From: an uncultured Lachnospiraceae bacterium
GTDB taxonomy: Bacteria > Bacillota > Clostridia > Lachnospirales > Lachnospiraceae
Direction of reading: 5' to 3'
Assembly (NCBI GenBank): GCA_959022495.1
Contig: CAUEYX010000009.1
Location: forward strand, 27,329 to 91,328
DNA: 64,000 nucleotides
Positions 49,254 to 59,415 of the stretch are shown one piece after another. Numbering within the stretch: position 1 is the first letter of the stretch; each line of letters starts with the position of its first letter. The notes below the pieces were generated by a model. The model saw only the letters and a program-made list of their open reading frames with translations, was not told the DNA's origin and ran no database searches. Position numbers and translations under genes: made by a program.

Positions 49254-51472
49254 ATGTGCCGCATTGTATTAAAAGAATATGAAGGGAGCCGTTCTGTGAG
49301 ATCGGCATACTGTGAACTGCGAAATGAGAGAAGACAGATCTGGAATCCGGAGGATTTTCCGTGCAGTGTGGAAATGAAAACAGTGCCTGTTTTAAACGGA
49401 ATGGATATCCGCGTGGAAGTCCGCGCGCTGGCAGATCTGGAAAAACCGGCCGCTGTCTCAGTGGAGTTCCGTGAGGAGAACTGGAGAGGAAATGAGTATG
49501 TATTTCTGCCCGCAGCAGTGTACAACGGAAATAAAATGAAGAGCATCCGGATGACCTATCCTCCCTATCATACAGAGCGGGACGGGGAGAGGTGGATCAA
49601 TTCTACGGCAGACATTCCACGGCTTGATCCAGAGACGGGAAGTCAGATCTCGTTCCTTTCGGGGGATATGAGTACTCCGGCAGAGGGATATTTCAGGAAG
49701 GAGACAGGAGAGGGCTTTCTGATCCTGGGAGAGCATATCTCGGGTGGGAGATATACGGGATTCACGGTGAAAGAGGAAAAGGATCAAGGAATATTTTCTG
49801 TATCCGCTCCCGGAGTGCGGGGGAGAAGAAATACTTCTTTGGAGAACTGCCTGACGGCTCCGGATTCTACCCGGTGACGGATTATCCATCGGGGGATGAG
49901 GGGGTCATGCTTAAGAAAGGGGACATATTGAATCTTCATGTGAGATGTTACCGGTTTAGGGCAGAAGATTTATCAGGGTATTTCCGTGAGTTTAACAGTC
50001 TGAGAGAGGAGCTGGAGCAGGGGGAGGACTTTTCCGCCATTCCTTTCTCCGCTGCCTTCGATGCTGTGGAGAAGAAGTATACTGCCATGAATTTTACAGA
50101 AGAGGGATATTATCGGGTCGGGACGGAGAATCCTGCGCCTCCGGCACACTGGCAGGCCGGCTGGGTAGGCGGGGGCATGAACAGCTATCCCTTCCTCATG
50201 GCAGGGAATGAGACCGCGCGGAGCCAGGCAGAGTCCACACTGCATTTTATCGCGGACCATCTCCAGAGAGCGGACGGATGGTATGTCCCCATGTATGCGG
50301 AAGGCAGAGTATATGGAGATGACTTCCGCAATGAGAACGCCCCGGTGACGTTGGTGAGGAAGAACGCGGACCTGCTCTATTTCATGGTAAAACAGGCACA
50401 TTTCTTAACCCAGAAAGGCGGCGATACAGAGAAACTTTCTGAAAGCATCCGGGCCCAGGCGGAGGCACTGGTTCGATTTGTGAAGAAAAACGGACAGCTG
50501 GGACAGTACATTGATATGGATACAGAGTCTTTGGTACAGGGAGGGACAGCCTGCGGGGCCATTGCCGCCGCCGCGCTGGCGCTTGCGTACGAGTATACAA
50601 AAGACGAGGGTTATCTTAAGACAGCAGAATATCTGGGAGAATGGTATTACCGGGAGTGCTTATGCCAAGGAATTGTAAACGGGGGCCCCGGGGATATGTG
50701 CCAGGCCCCGGATAGTGAATCTGCGTTCGGCCTGCTGGAATCTTATGTCCAGCTCTATGAGACAACAGGAAATGATAAATGGCTGGGTTACGCGGAGGAT
50801 GCCTTTGAACTGGCAGTGACATGGGTGGTCAGCTATGATTTCACATTCCCGGAGGAGAGCACGGCCGCGAAGCTGTCCGCGCACACAAGGGGAACGGTGT
50901 TTGCCAATGCGCAGAATAAGCACTCCGCTCCGGGTATCTGCACCCTTTCCGGGAACTCCATGCTGAAACTGTACCGGGCCACGGGGAATGAGAAGTATTT
51001 AAGATGGATGCGGCGGATCAGCCGCGCCCTCTCTCAGTTCGTGTCCCTGCCTGACCGGCAGATCGATACGCTGGCAGGGAAACCGCTGCTCCCGGGATAT
51101 TTCAACGAGCGGGTGCAGATGAGCGACTGGGAAGGGACAGAGACTGTAGGAGAGTTTCTGTACGGCTCGAACTGGCCGGAAGTCTCCATGCTTCTGACCT
51201 ATGTGGAGATACCGGGGATCTATCTGGATCTGGACCGGGATGTACTTGTGTGCAGCGATCATATTCATGCGGAGGTGATTAAGAAAACCTCTGACGGCGC
51301 CGTGCTGGGGATTGCCAATCCTACGCCGTACGACGCGAGGGTGACGGTGCTGGCGGAGCACGGGAAGAATCCCGGGCCGATCGGTCATCTGTATTACGAG
51401 AAACTGCAGAAAATCTGCTTAAAAGCAGGAGAGGAAAAGACGTTCTGCGTATACCCATACATAAAGGAGTAG
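49254..51472 (+). pseudogene. Frameshifted putative six-hairpin (alpha/alpha)6 glycosidase (49254..49877 plus 49874..51472)
   Basis: ORF1 ends in APGVR followed by a short junk-like tail; the ORF2 frame is open from at least 49823 (EKKYFFGELPDG...); one extra base at the G5 run 49819-49823 gives a 739-aa product; YL..A...G..Y and W...A..A helical repeats. Confidence 0.7.
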
Positions 51473-51479
51473 GAAAGCA

Positions 51480-53333
51480 ATGAGTGTTTTGAAACTAAAA
51501 CCAAGCTGTAAAGATTATATGTGGGGAGGGCATCGCCTGGCAGAAGAGTACGGTGTTGCATATGACGGAAATGTGCTGGCGGAGGCATGGGAGCTTTCCT
51601 GCCATCCGGACGGTCCCTCCATCATTGAGAATGGCCCGTACGCCGGGAGGACATTGGACGAATATATTCAGGAGAAGGGCAGACAGGTGCTGGGGAACCA
51701 CTGCAGGAGATTCCGGGATTTTCCCATTTTGATCAAATTTATTGACGCTGAGTCGGATCTGTCGATCCAGGTCCATCCTGACAATCGGTACGCACTCAAG
51801 CACGAAGGACAGTATGGCAAGACCGAGATGTGGTACGTCATGGACGCTGCGGAGGATTCCTTTCTATACTATGGGTTCAAAGAGGAGATCAGTGTGGAGG
51901 AATTCCAAAAGAGAATCCAGGAGAATACACTGACTGATGTCCTCAATAAAGTTCCTGTACATAAGGGAGACGTGTTTTTCATAGAATCGGGGACCATCCA
52001 TGCCATAGGGAAAAATATCCTGATCGCGGAGATCCAGCAGAACTCGAATGTGACCTACCGTGTATATGATTACGGACGCGTCGGAAAAGATGGGAAGAAA
52101 AGAGACCTGCAGATTGAAAAAGCGCTGGATGTTACAAAGAGATTCCCCATCCGAAAAGGAGGGGAAGGGTATCCTCATGTGGCAGACTGTGATTACTTCA
52201 CGGTAGACCGTTTAAATCTGGACGGACAGGTCATGAAGAAGATGGAAGGGTCCGTATCAGAGGACTCCTTTGTAAGTATCTTGATTCTGGACGGAAGTGG
52301 AACGATTCTGTGTGACGAAGAGACTATTTCCTACAAGAAAGGCGACAGCCTCTTCATCCCGGCGGGCAGCGGAAATTATCAGATTACTGGGAGCTGTGAC
52401 GCGCTTGTCACTACGATCCGGGATAAAGCGTCGCCGGTGCGCATCGGAATCGATATCGGAGGGACACAGACGAAGATCGGCCTGATCGATGCCCAGCAGA
52501 AGATTCTGGCCTCCAGGACTATCCCCACTCGGAGTGAGAGAGCGCCGGAGGATGTGATCCGTGATATCGCGGAACATGTACTGGGGCTTCTGGAGGAGGA
52601 GAAGATCCCGGTAGAGCAGTGCATCGGTGCCGGAGTGGGCGTGCCGGGGACTGTGGACCGCAGAAAAGGGGAGGTCTTGTATTCCAATAACATACGCTGG
52701 GACCGGGTGCCGCTTGCCCGGGAACTGTCCTCCTATCTGCCCATCCCGGTATCCATTGCCAATGACGCGGACTGCGCGGTGCTGGGGGAAGCCGCGGCAG
52801 GCGCGGCCGGGGGATATCAGGATGTAGTCATGCTGACGCTGGGAACCGGAGTCGGCGGAGGCGTCCTTCTTGGAGGGGAGATCTTCGAGGGCAGAAGAAC
52901 CGGAGGATGCGAGCTGGGACATATGGTGATCATAGAGGACGGCGAGCGGTGTACCTGCGGGCGGAAAGGGTGTCTTGAGGCCTATGCGTCTGCCACTGCT
53001 TTAAGGAACGCGTCAGAGAAATCATATGGAAAGGTATTGCAGCCGAAAGAGATTTTTGACAAGGCGGACGCGGGAGACGAGAAAGCGGAGAGCATCGTAA
53101 GAAATTATATTGAAAAACTGGGAACCGGGCTTGTCAATATCATCAATATCTTTCATCCGGAAGTCATCCTCATCGGGGGCGGAATCTCGGGACAGGGAGA
53201 GAAGCTTCTGGCGCCGCTGCGCAGGATGGCTGAAGACGGAAGCTTCGGAGGCAGTTATGCCCAGCTGCCTGAGATACAGTGCGCGAAGCTGGGAAATACA
53301 GCCGGCATGATCGGGGCGGCGAATCTGATATAA
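51480..53333 (+). CDS. Class I mannose-6-phosphate isomerase fused to a ROK-family sugar kinase
   Basis: LSIQVHPD, GKTEMW, GTIHA, EIQQNS..TYR; then GIDIGGT, NDADCA, GTGVGGG, ELGH, CTCG..GCLE. Confidence 0.93.
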   Translation: MSVLKLKPSCKDYMWGGHRLAEEYGVAYDGNVLAEAWELSCHPDGPSIIENGPYAGRTLDEYIQEKGRQVLGNHCRRFRDFPILIKFIDAESDLSIQVHPDNRYALKHEGQYGKTEMWYVMDAAEDSFLYYGFKEEISVEEFQKRIQENTLTDVLNKVPVHKGDVFFIESGTIHAIGKNILIAEIQQNSNVTYRVYDYGRVGKDGKKRDLQIEKALDVTKRFPIRKGGEGYPHVADCDYFTVDRLNLDGQVMKKMEGSVSEDSFVSILILDGSGTILCDEETISYKKGDSLFIPAGSGNYQITGSCDALVTTIRDKASPVRIGIDIGGTQTKIGLIDAQQKILASRTIPTRSERAPEDVIRDIAEHVLGLLEEEKIPVEQCIGAGVGVPGTVDRRKGEVLYSNNIRWDRVPLARELSSYLPIPVSIANDADCAVLGEAAAGAAGGYQDVVMLTLGTGVGGGVLLGGEIFEGRRTGGCELGHMVIIEDGERCTCGRKGCLEAYASATALRNASEKSYGKVLQPKEIFDKADAGDEKAESIVRNYIEKLGTGLVNIINIFHPEVILIGGGISGQGEKLLAPLRRMAEDGSFGGSYAQLPEIQCAKLGNTAGMIGAANLI

Positions 53334-53356
53334 AACAGCAGGAAAGGAAAAAGAAG

Positions 53357-56167
53357 ATGGATAAGAAAAAAACAGGATATGTTATCCCACACACTCACTG
53401 GGACAGAGAGTGGCGGTATCCCATATGGGAAAACAGGATGTATCTGCGGGATCTGATGCATGAGCTGTTGGATACACTGGAGAAGGACGAGAACTACAAA
53501 AGTTTCCTCCTGGACGGCCAGACCGTGGCTGCCCTGGATTACCTTGAGATCTGCCCGGAAGATGAGGAAAGGCTTAAAAAACTGATCCGGGACGGCAGGA
53601 TACAGGTCGGGCCGTGGTACACACTGCCGGATCTTTATCCGGTATCCGGGGAATCGATGGTAAGGAATCTCTTGAAAGGCCGGGATGTGGCGGAAAAGCT
53701 GGGAGGATGCTTAAATATCGGATATGAATCCTTCGGGTGGGGACAGCCTTCCCAGCTTCCCCAGATTTACAAAGGATTTGGGATTGACACTGTCATTATT
53801 TCCAAAAACGTGGATAAGAAAAGAGCGCCGAAAAGCGAGTTCCGCTGGATCGGCGCGGATGGCACAGAAGTGCTGGCGACCCGCCTTGGGGACGACGCGC
53901 GCGCGAATTTCTTCATGAACGCTTATCTGCAGATCATGACCGGAAAAGCATATAAGACGGAAGAATACGAGTATCACTATGGACAGGATGGGCAGTTCTT
54001 CCATCAGGCAGACAGGGATGGCCACATTCAGGATTATTTCCGTCTGGAGAATCCGGCATATATCCATAAGGAGATGGTAAAAGCGGCGGTTAAAAAGGCA
54101 TGGGACGGGATGCGGGATTCCCTTCTTCCAGACGACCGGGCTATGATGGACGGGACGGACTCTACCACAGCGCAGCCGGAGCTCACCGCGCTGCTGGATG
54201 AGATTAACAGCCAGTGTGAAGAGATTCATTTCAAGAGTTCTTCCCTGGAGGAATACGTTCAGGTGATGAAGGAAAAGCTGCCCATCGATGAACTGGATGT
54301 GATAAGAGGAGAGATGCGGGACGGCCCTACAACTTCTCTCTCGGGCAATGCGCTCATGACCAGACCTCATATAAAAACCAAGAACAAAAGCGTGCAGAAC
54401 CGTCTCTTCGGTCAGGCAGAACCGGTAAGTACCCTGCTCTATATACAGAAGCAGCCCTATGAAGAGCATTTCCTTAACAAGGCTGAGGACTATCTTCTGC
54501 TGTCTCACCCTCACGACTCGATCAATGGCGTGACACAGGATAAGACCGTGGACGACGTGCTGTACCGGCTGGACCAGGCGGGAGAGATCGCGGATACAGT
54601 CTATCACAGAGGCCTCCAGCAGATTCTGAGGATGGTGGACCTGTCGTCATACAGCAGGGACGATATCATACTGGCTGTGTTCAATCCGGATGCAAAACCG
54701 CGCAGAGAGGTGATCCGGGCATATATTGACACGCCACAGGAAAAGAGTATCTGGGATTTCCGCCTGGAGGACAGTGACGGGCTGGAGTGCGAGATCCAGG
54801 AGGCAGGGCGCCGGGAGGCGGTATACCCGGTTGTCCATCTCCACACAAGACCCTATCCCTACTATACCGACCGGCATGCGGTCTGGTTCGACACGGGCGA
54901 GATCCCGGCGGGCGGATATCAGTTCTTCCGTCTGACAGACTGCGATACCTTTAACCGCAAGACAAAGTTCTGGGCAAAGACCAGGAAGACAAAAGGGGAT
55001 GAGATCGGCCTGTCCTGTGACTGCATGGACAACGGGATACTGAGGGTACAGGTGAATCCGGACGGCAGCCTGACCATCGAGGACCAGAGAACCGGGGAGG
55101 TCTACGGGCCGCTGAATTATTATGAGAGCACGGGCGATGTGGGAGATTACTGGATGTATTATCCGCCCTATGAGAATGAGACGTATACAAGCAGGGGGAA
55201 CTGTGCTTCCATCCGCATGACAGAGAACGGTCCCCTGTGTGCTTCCATCGAGGCTGAGATCGTGATGGAATTGCCGGAACATGCTGAGCGGCCGGATAAT
55301 TATATCCAGGGAAAGAGCTGCCGGAGCAGAGAGCGGGGGACCGTGCGCGTTGTGACGCGCTATACATTGAAGAAAGGCAGCAGCCAGGTGGACGTCAGCG
55401 TGGAACTGGACAACCGCTGCCGGGATCATAGGATGAGCGTGGTGCTGGACGCGGGCTGTGAAACCCGTGTCGCGGACGCGCAGGGACATTTTACCGTGGA
55501 TCACAGGACTGCACAGCCCCTGAAAGATGAAGAAGGGAAGTTCTACAATGAACTGATGACCCAGCCGATGCAGGATTTTGTATCCGTGTATGATGGGAAG
55601 AGAGGTCTGGGGGTGGTTACGGACTGCCTGGGCGAGTACGAACTGCGGACCTCTGGAAGCCTGGCGCTGACTCTGTTTCGGGCTGTCCGCAATATCATCT
55701 GCACGGAGTTTCGAAGTGAGGGATATTTCCCGGATCAGGACGGCGGGCAGGTACAGGGAAGACTGTCTTATACATACGCCATCGTGCCGCAGAAAGGAAG
55801 CTATCTGGAGGAAGACCTTGCGGGACGCGCTCAGCGGATGAAGCTCCCGCTCAAGCCGGTACAGACCTGTACACCGGTCTGCGAGAAGGAAAGGTCGCTT
55901 CCCCTCAAACATTCCTTCTATGAAGTGAAGGGAGATGTCTCCGTATCGTGCCTGAAAAAGGCGGAAAAGGAAGACGCGGTGATCTTAAGGCTGTTCAACC
56001 GGACAGAACAGGAGACGCTGGCAGAAGCGGTATTCGACAGACCGATCAAGGAAGTATATGAGACAGATCTGAAAGAAGATGTCCTGCGGACACTGATGCC
56101 GGTGGGGACCAAAGTCAAAGTCAGACTGGGAGCAGATAAGATCTGCACCCTCAAGCTGGTATTCTAA
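53357..56167 (+). CDS. GH38 alpha-mannosidase-like protein with atypical nucleophile loop
   Basis: HTHWDREW, LDGQ, GPWY..PD, QLPQI, HPHDS; ATG 53357 preferred over 53279. Confidence 0.88.
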   Translation: MDKKKTGYVIPHTHWDREWRYPIWENRMYLRDLMHELLDTLEKDENYKSFLLDGQTVAALDYLEICPEDEERLKKLIRDGRIQVGPWYTLPDLYPVSGESMVRNLLKGRDVAEKLGGCLNIGYESFGWGQPSQLPQIYKGFGIDTVIISKNVDKKRAPKSEFRWIGADGTEVLATRLGDDARANFFMNAYLQIMTGKAYKTEEYEYHYGQDGQFFHQADRDGHIQDYFRLENPAYIHKEMVKAAVKKAWDGMRDSLLPDDRAMMDGTDSTTAQPELTALLDEINSQCEEIHFKSSSLEEYVQVMKEKLPIDELDVIRGEMRDGPTTSLSGNALMTRPHIKTKNKSVQNRLFGQAEPVSTLLYIQKQPYEEHFLNKAEDYLLLSHPHDSINGVTQDKTVDDVLYRLDQAGEIADTVYHRGLQQILRMVDLSSYSRDDIILAVFNPDAKPRREVIRAYIDTPQEKSIWDFRLEDSDGLECEIQEAGRREAVYPVVHLHTRPYPYYTDRHAVWFDTGEIPAGGYQFFRLTDCDTFNRKTKFWAKTRKTKGDEIGLSCDCMDNGILRVQVNPDGSLTIEDQRTGEVYGPLNYYESTGDVGDYWMYYPPYENETYTSRGNCASIRMTENGPLCASIEAEIVMELPEHAERPDNYIQGKSCRSRERGTVRVVTRYTLKKGSSQVDVSVELDNRCRDHRMSVVLDAGCETRVADAQGHFTVDHRTAQPLKDEEGKFYNELMTQPMQDFVSVYDGKRGLGVVTDCLGEYELRTSGSLALTLFRAVRNIICTEFRSEGYFPDQDGGQVQGRLSYTYAIVPQKGSYLEEDLAGRAQRMKLPLKPVQTCTPVCEKERSLPLKHSFYEVKGDVSVSCLKKAEKEDAVILRLFNRTEQETLAEAVFDRPIKEVYETDLKEDVLRTLMPVGTKVKVRLGADKICTLKLVF

Positions 56168-56188
56168 CCGGCTTCTTACAGAGGAACA

Positions 56189-56221
56189 GCGGGGGGAGCG
56201 AGAGATACATCGGTCCCCCGC
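56189..56221 (+). other. Intercistronic GC-rich hairpin
   Basis: GCGGGGGGA.CGA...TCG.TCCCCCGC without a + strand U-tract. Confidence 0.5.
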
Positions 56222-56254
56222 AGGAAAAGAAAAGAGAAATGGAGCATAAGCAAG

Positions 56255-57232
56255 ATGGAAAACTGGTATCCGGGAATCGGAACGATTGAAAATATGACAG
56301 AGCTGTCCCAGACAGAGGACGGAAGCTTTGTATCGGGAAAGGACGGGGTAAAGGCAGTATATACGCCGTCGGACAGAAAAGTGGAGTTTGTTTCTTTTGA
56401 AGATAAGACCATGTGTTATGTGAAGTCCGCCATGGGATATCCGGCATGGTACAAGGTGCCGGAAGCCCGCTATGAAGGACCGGCGAAGGCGATCCTCATG
56501 GATCTGGACGGCACGAGTGTGAAGAGCGAGTCATTCTGGATGTGGATCATTGAGCAGACAACGGCAGAACTGATGGGAAACCCGAAGTTTGAACTGGCGG
56601 CGGAAGATGAACCTTTCGTATCCGGCCATTCTGTGTCCGAGCACCTTCAGTACTGCATTGATAAATATTACCCGAAAGGGGATTTACAGAAGGCGCGGAA
56701 GATTTATTTCGCCAAGACAGAGCATGAGATGAAGGAGATCCTGGAAGGGCGGGGACGTCAGGGGGCTTTTACCCCGGCTCCGGGACTGAAGGATTTCCTG
56801 ATGGAGGTAAAAGGACATGGAGTCCGCATCGGGCTTGTGACTTCCGGGCTGTACACGAAGGCCATGCCTGAGATCATCTCGGCCTTTCAGACGCTGGGGA
56901 TGGGAAACCCCCTGGAGTTTTACGATGCGGTGATCACGGCCGGTCAGACATTTCGGAAAGGACAGTCCGGGACCATCGGTGAGCTGGCGCCCAAGCCCCA
57001 TCCATGGCTTTACTCCGAGACCGCGAAGGTGGGACTGGGAATCACGGAGGAAGAAAAATGCAGGACACTGGGCTTTGAAGACTCCTCTGCCGGAGTGATG
57101 GCGATCCGCCTTGCCGGATTCTGCGCGGTGGGAATCAACGGGGGGAATATCAGGAAGAGCGGCATGGAATCCTTGTGCATGAAAGAGTATGACCTGCTGG
57201 AGGACGCGCTGCCGCTCATCCTGGGGAGATAA
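56255..57232 (+). CDS. HAD-superfamily phosphatase (beta-PGM/CbbY-like) with N-terminal extension
   Basis: DLDGT, LVTSG, KPHP and FEDS..G motifs; about 75 aa before motif I. Confidence 0.88.
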   Translation: MENWYPGIGTIENMTELSQTEDGSFVSGKDGVKAVYTPSDRKVEFVSFEDKTMCYVKSAMGYPAWYKVPEARYEGPAKAILMDLDGTSVKSESFWMWIIEQTTAELMGNPKFELAAEDEPFVSGHSVSEHLQYCIDKYYPKGDLQKARKIYFAKTEHEMKEILEGRGRQGAFTPAPGLKDFLMEVKGHGVRIGLVTSGLYTKAMPEIISAFQTLGMGNPLEFYDAVITAGQTFRKGQSGTIGELAPKPHPWLYSETAKVGLGITEEEKCRTLGFEDSSAGVMAIRLAGFCAVGINGGNIRKSGMESLCMKEYDLLEDALPLILGR

Positions 57233-57330
57233 CCGGGGCGGGCATTGTACTATGCGCTGAAATACATAGGAGAGCAAAACTTACGTTAAGACTGGTAGAA
57301 AAATATATGATGAGATAGGAGAGGCAGGTT

Positions 57331-59403
57331 ATGAATCCGCTTATTTACAGAAAAGGGGTCTGTGATCCCCATATTCATATTTTTGAAGGGAAAGCATACC
57401 TGTATGCGACCCATGACGCTCCGGGATATACGGACCAGTTCTGTATGGAAGACTGGCAGATCTGGTCGTCGGATGACCTGATCGACTGGAAGCTGGAACG
57501 GACCGTTTACCCGGAGGAATTCTACTGTGGCAGATTGGATCAGTGCTGGGCGGTGGACGCGGCGTATAAAGACGGGAAGTATTATCTCTATTTTTCCACA
57601 GGGGACTGGGGAGTAGGCGTGGGGGTGTCAGAGCATCCTGCCGGTCCTTTCCGGGATGCCCTGGGGCACGCCCTGGCAGACCAGCATACGTATCCGGAAG
57701 GAATTCCCAAATGGGACCCCCATGTTTTCCAGGATGAGAACGGAGAATCTTATCTGATCGTGGGAACCTGCAAGCAGGATCAACCCTGGGACTGCTATTT
57801 AATCGCGCGCCTGAAAGACGACATGATCCATCTGGCGGAGCCGTTCAGGCGGGTGGAATATCGGAAGAATCCCTGCCCGGAAGATAAACCGTCTATCCAC
57901 AAGCATGGTGGTAAATATTATCTTACCCATGCCTCCTACTATGCGGTGGCGGACAATGTATACGGTCCCTATGAGCATATGGGGCATTTCGGCTTCACCA
58001 ATGACCACGGCGCCTTTTTTGAGTGGAACGGACAGACATTTTTTGCCGCGGGAGGGATGGACAACGCGAACCGCTATCTGCGGGCATCCTATGCGGCTGT
58101 GTGCCACTACCGAAGAAACGGTGAGATTGTGACAGACCCTGAAATTGCCGCGTATGGCTGCGGACAGTACAGCGCGGCATGGGAACGGATCTACGCGAAG
58201 TGGTATACAGGGGCATGGAAAGCGTCAAAAATAGAAACACAGGATGGAAGATTTTGTGTACAAATGGAAGACGGCGGCCTTCTGTATTTTCCGGAGACGG
58301 CATATATTGAGCAGGATTCCCCGTTTTGTGTTTCCGTTCTGAGCGGCAGCCCGGACGCGGTTTTGGAAATATACGAGGGAAGCCCGGACGGGACGCTGCT
58401 GGGTGTCTGTGACCTTGGGGGCGGACAAAGTGTGGAGGAATCTGCGCAAAGGCAGTCCGGTGTGGACCCTGAAGAAGGAGAACGGATCTGCCGCTGTCAG
58501 CTGTCGTGTACGGCCGGAAAGAAGACGCTGTATTTCAGAATGAAAGGCCGTGCCGTTATCGAGTGGTTTTCTTTCGCGGGCGCAGGAAGAAAATCAGTGC
58601 TGGAACCTGTTTTTTCCAAAAGGGGAAGGGGATCAGCGCTTGTCTGTGACAGAAGGTCAGGAATGCGCCGCGTTCTAGCCAATCTGGAACTGAAAGGGGC
58701 CGGCCTGGAAGCAGATGTGGACGCGGGATGCGCGGACAGCGGGAAGGTATCCGTATATTACGAGTGCAGAGAAGAAGCAGTGGAGATGAGCCTTACCATA
58801 AATGGGAGAAAGTATAGGGATCTGGTATTCCAGCCGGGAAGGGAAGTTGTGACAGCCGATGTAAAGCTCAAACCCGGCCTCAATCGGATCGGTCTGCGGT
58901 CTCAGTCTTATCAGAAAGGGAAACTGGCCGTCAGCCATGTGATATTGGAGACGGAACGGGGAGCATCCAGGACATATCCGGCGGCGGGAGGCCTTATTTC
59001 CCCGGAAGGGAACGGCATATGGGACGGACAGCCTCAGTGGGAGACTGTTTTAGACGCGTACAGCGGGAGGATGGTGAAGTATCTGGAAAAGCCGGGGGAT
59101 TCCGTGACAATCCGCAATGTGGATGGCGGAAAAGGCGGGATGGCGGCTGTGGAGATCCATTACTGCCGGGGCGAAGAAGGAGCATCTGAGTATGAGTTTC
59201 TGGTCAATGGAAAAAGAACGGGTAAAATCGCCTTCCCGTATACAGGAGGATTCTCCACGGACAGCATGAAAGAAGAGAAAATAGAAATTTCTCTGGAAGT
59301 GGGGGAACAGAATACACTGTGCCTTCGAAAAACCGGAAAGGAAGATAAAGGAATCTTTGTGGACGCGTTTTCTGTTTTGGTTTATGATGACAGAAAAAGA
59401 TAA
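57331..59403 (+). CDS. GH43 glycoside hydrolase with C-terminal CBM6/CBM35-like modules
   Basis: CDPHI, WA.D, GPF.D, WDP.VF.D, YYL; beta-sandwich tails (G.LLG.C, L.PGLN.I, VKYL..PGDSVT); no signal peptide. Confidence 0.85.
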   Translation: MNPLIYRKGVCDPHIHIFEGKAYLYATHDAPGYTDQFCMEDWQIWSSDDLIDWKLERTVYPEEFYCGRLDQCWAVDAAYKDGKYYLYFSTGDWGVGVGVSEHPAGPFRDALGHALADQHTYPEGIPKWDPHVFQDENGESYLIVGTCKQDQPWDCYLIARLKDDMIHLAEPFRRVEYRKNPCPEDKPSIHKHGGKYYLTHASYYAVADNVYGPYEHMGHFGFTNDHGAFFEWNGQTFFAAGGMDNANRYLRASYAAVCHYRRNGEIVTDPEIAAYGCGQYSAAWERIYAKWYTGAWKASKIETQDGRFCVQMEDGGLLYFPETAYIEQDSPFCVSVLSGSPDAVLEIYEGSPDGTLLGVCDLGGGQSVEESAQRQSGVDPEEGERICRCQLSCTAGKKTLYFRMKGRAVIEWFSFAGAGRKSVLEPVFSKRGRGSALVCDRRSGMRRVLANLELKGAGLEADVDAGCADSGKVSVYYECREEAVEMSLTINGRKYRDLVFQPGREVVTADVKLKPGLNRIGLRSQSYQKGKLAVSHVILETERGASRTYPAAGGLISPEGNGIWDGQPQWETVLDAYSGRMVKYLEKPGDSVTIRNVDGGKGGMAAVEIHYCRGEEGASEYEFLVNGKRTGKIAFPYTGGFSTDSMKEEKIEISLEVGEQNTLCLRKTGKEDKGIFVDAFSVLVYDDRKR

Positions 59404-59415
59404 TGGAGGAGAAAA

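Noticed and set aside
54647..55912. 421-aa antisense ORF (and 53711..54607)
   Set aside because: Shadow of the GH38 gene, expected from codon bias
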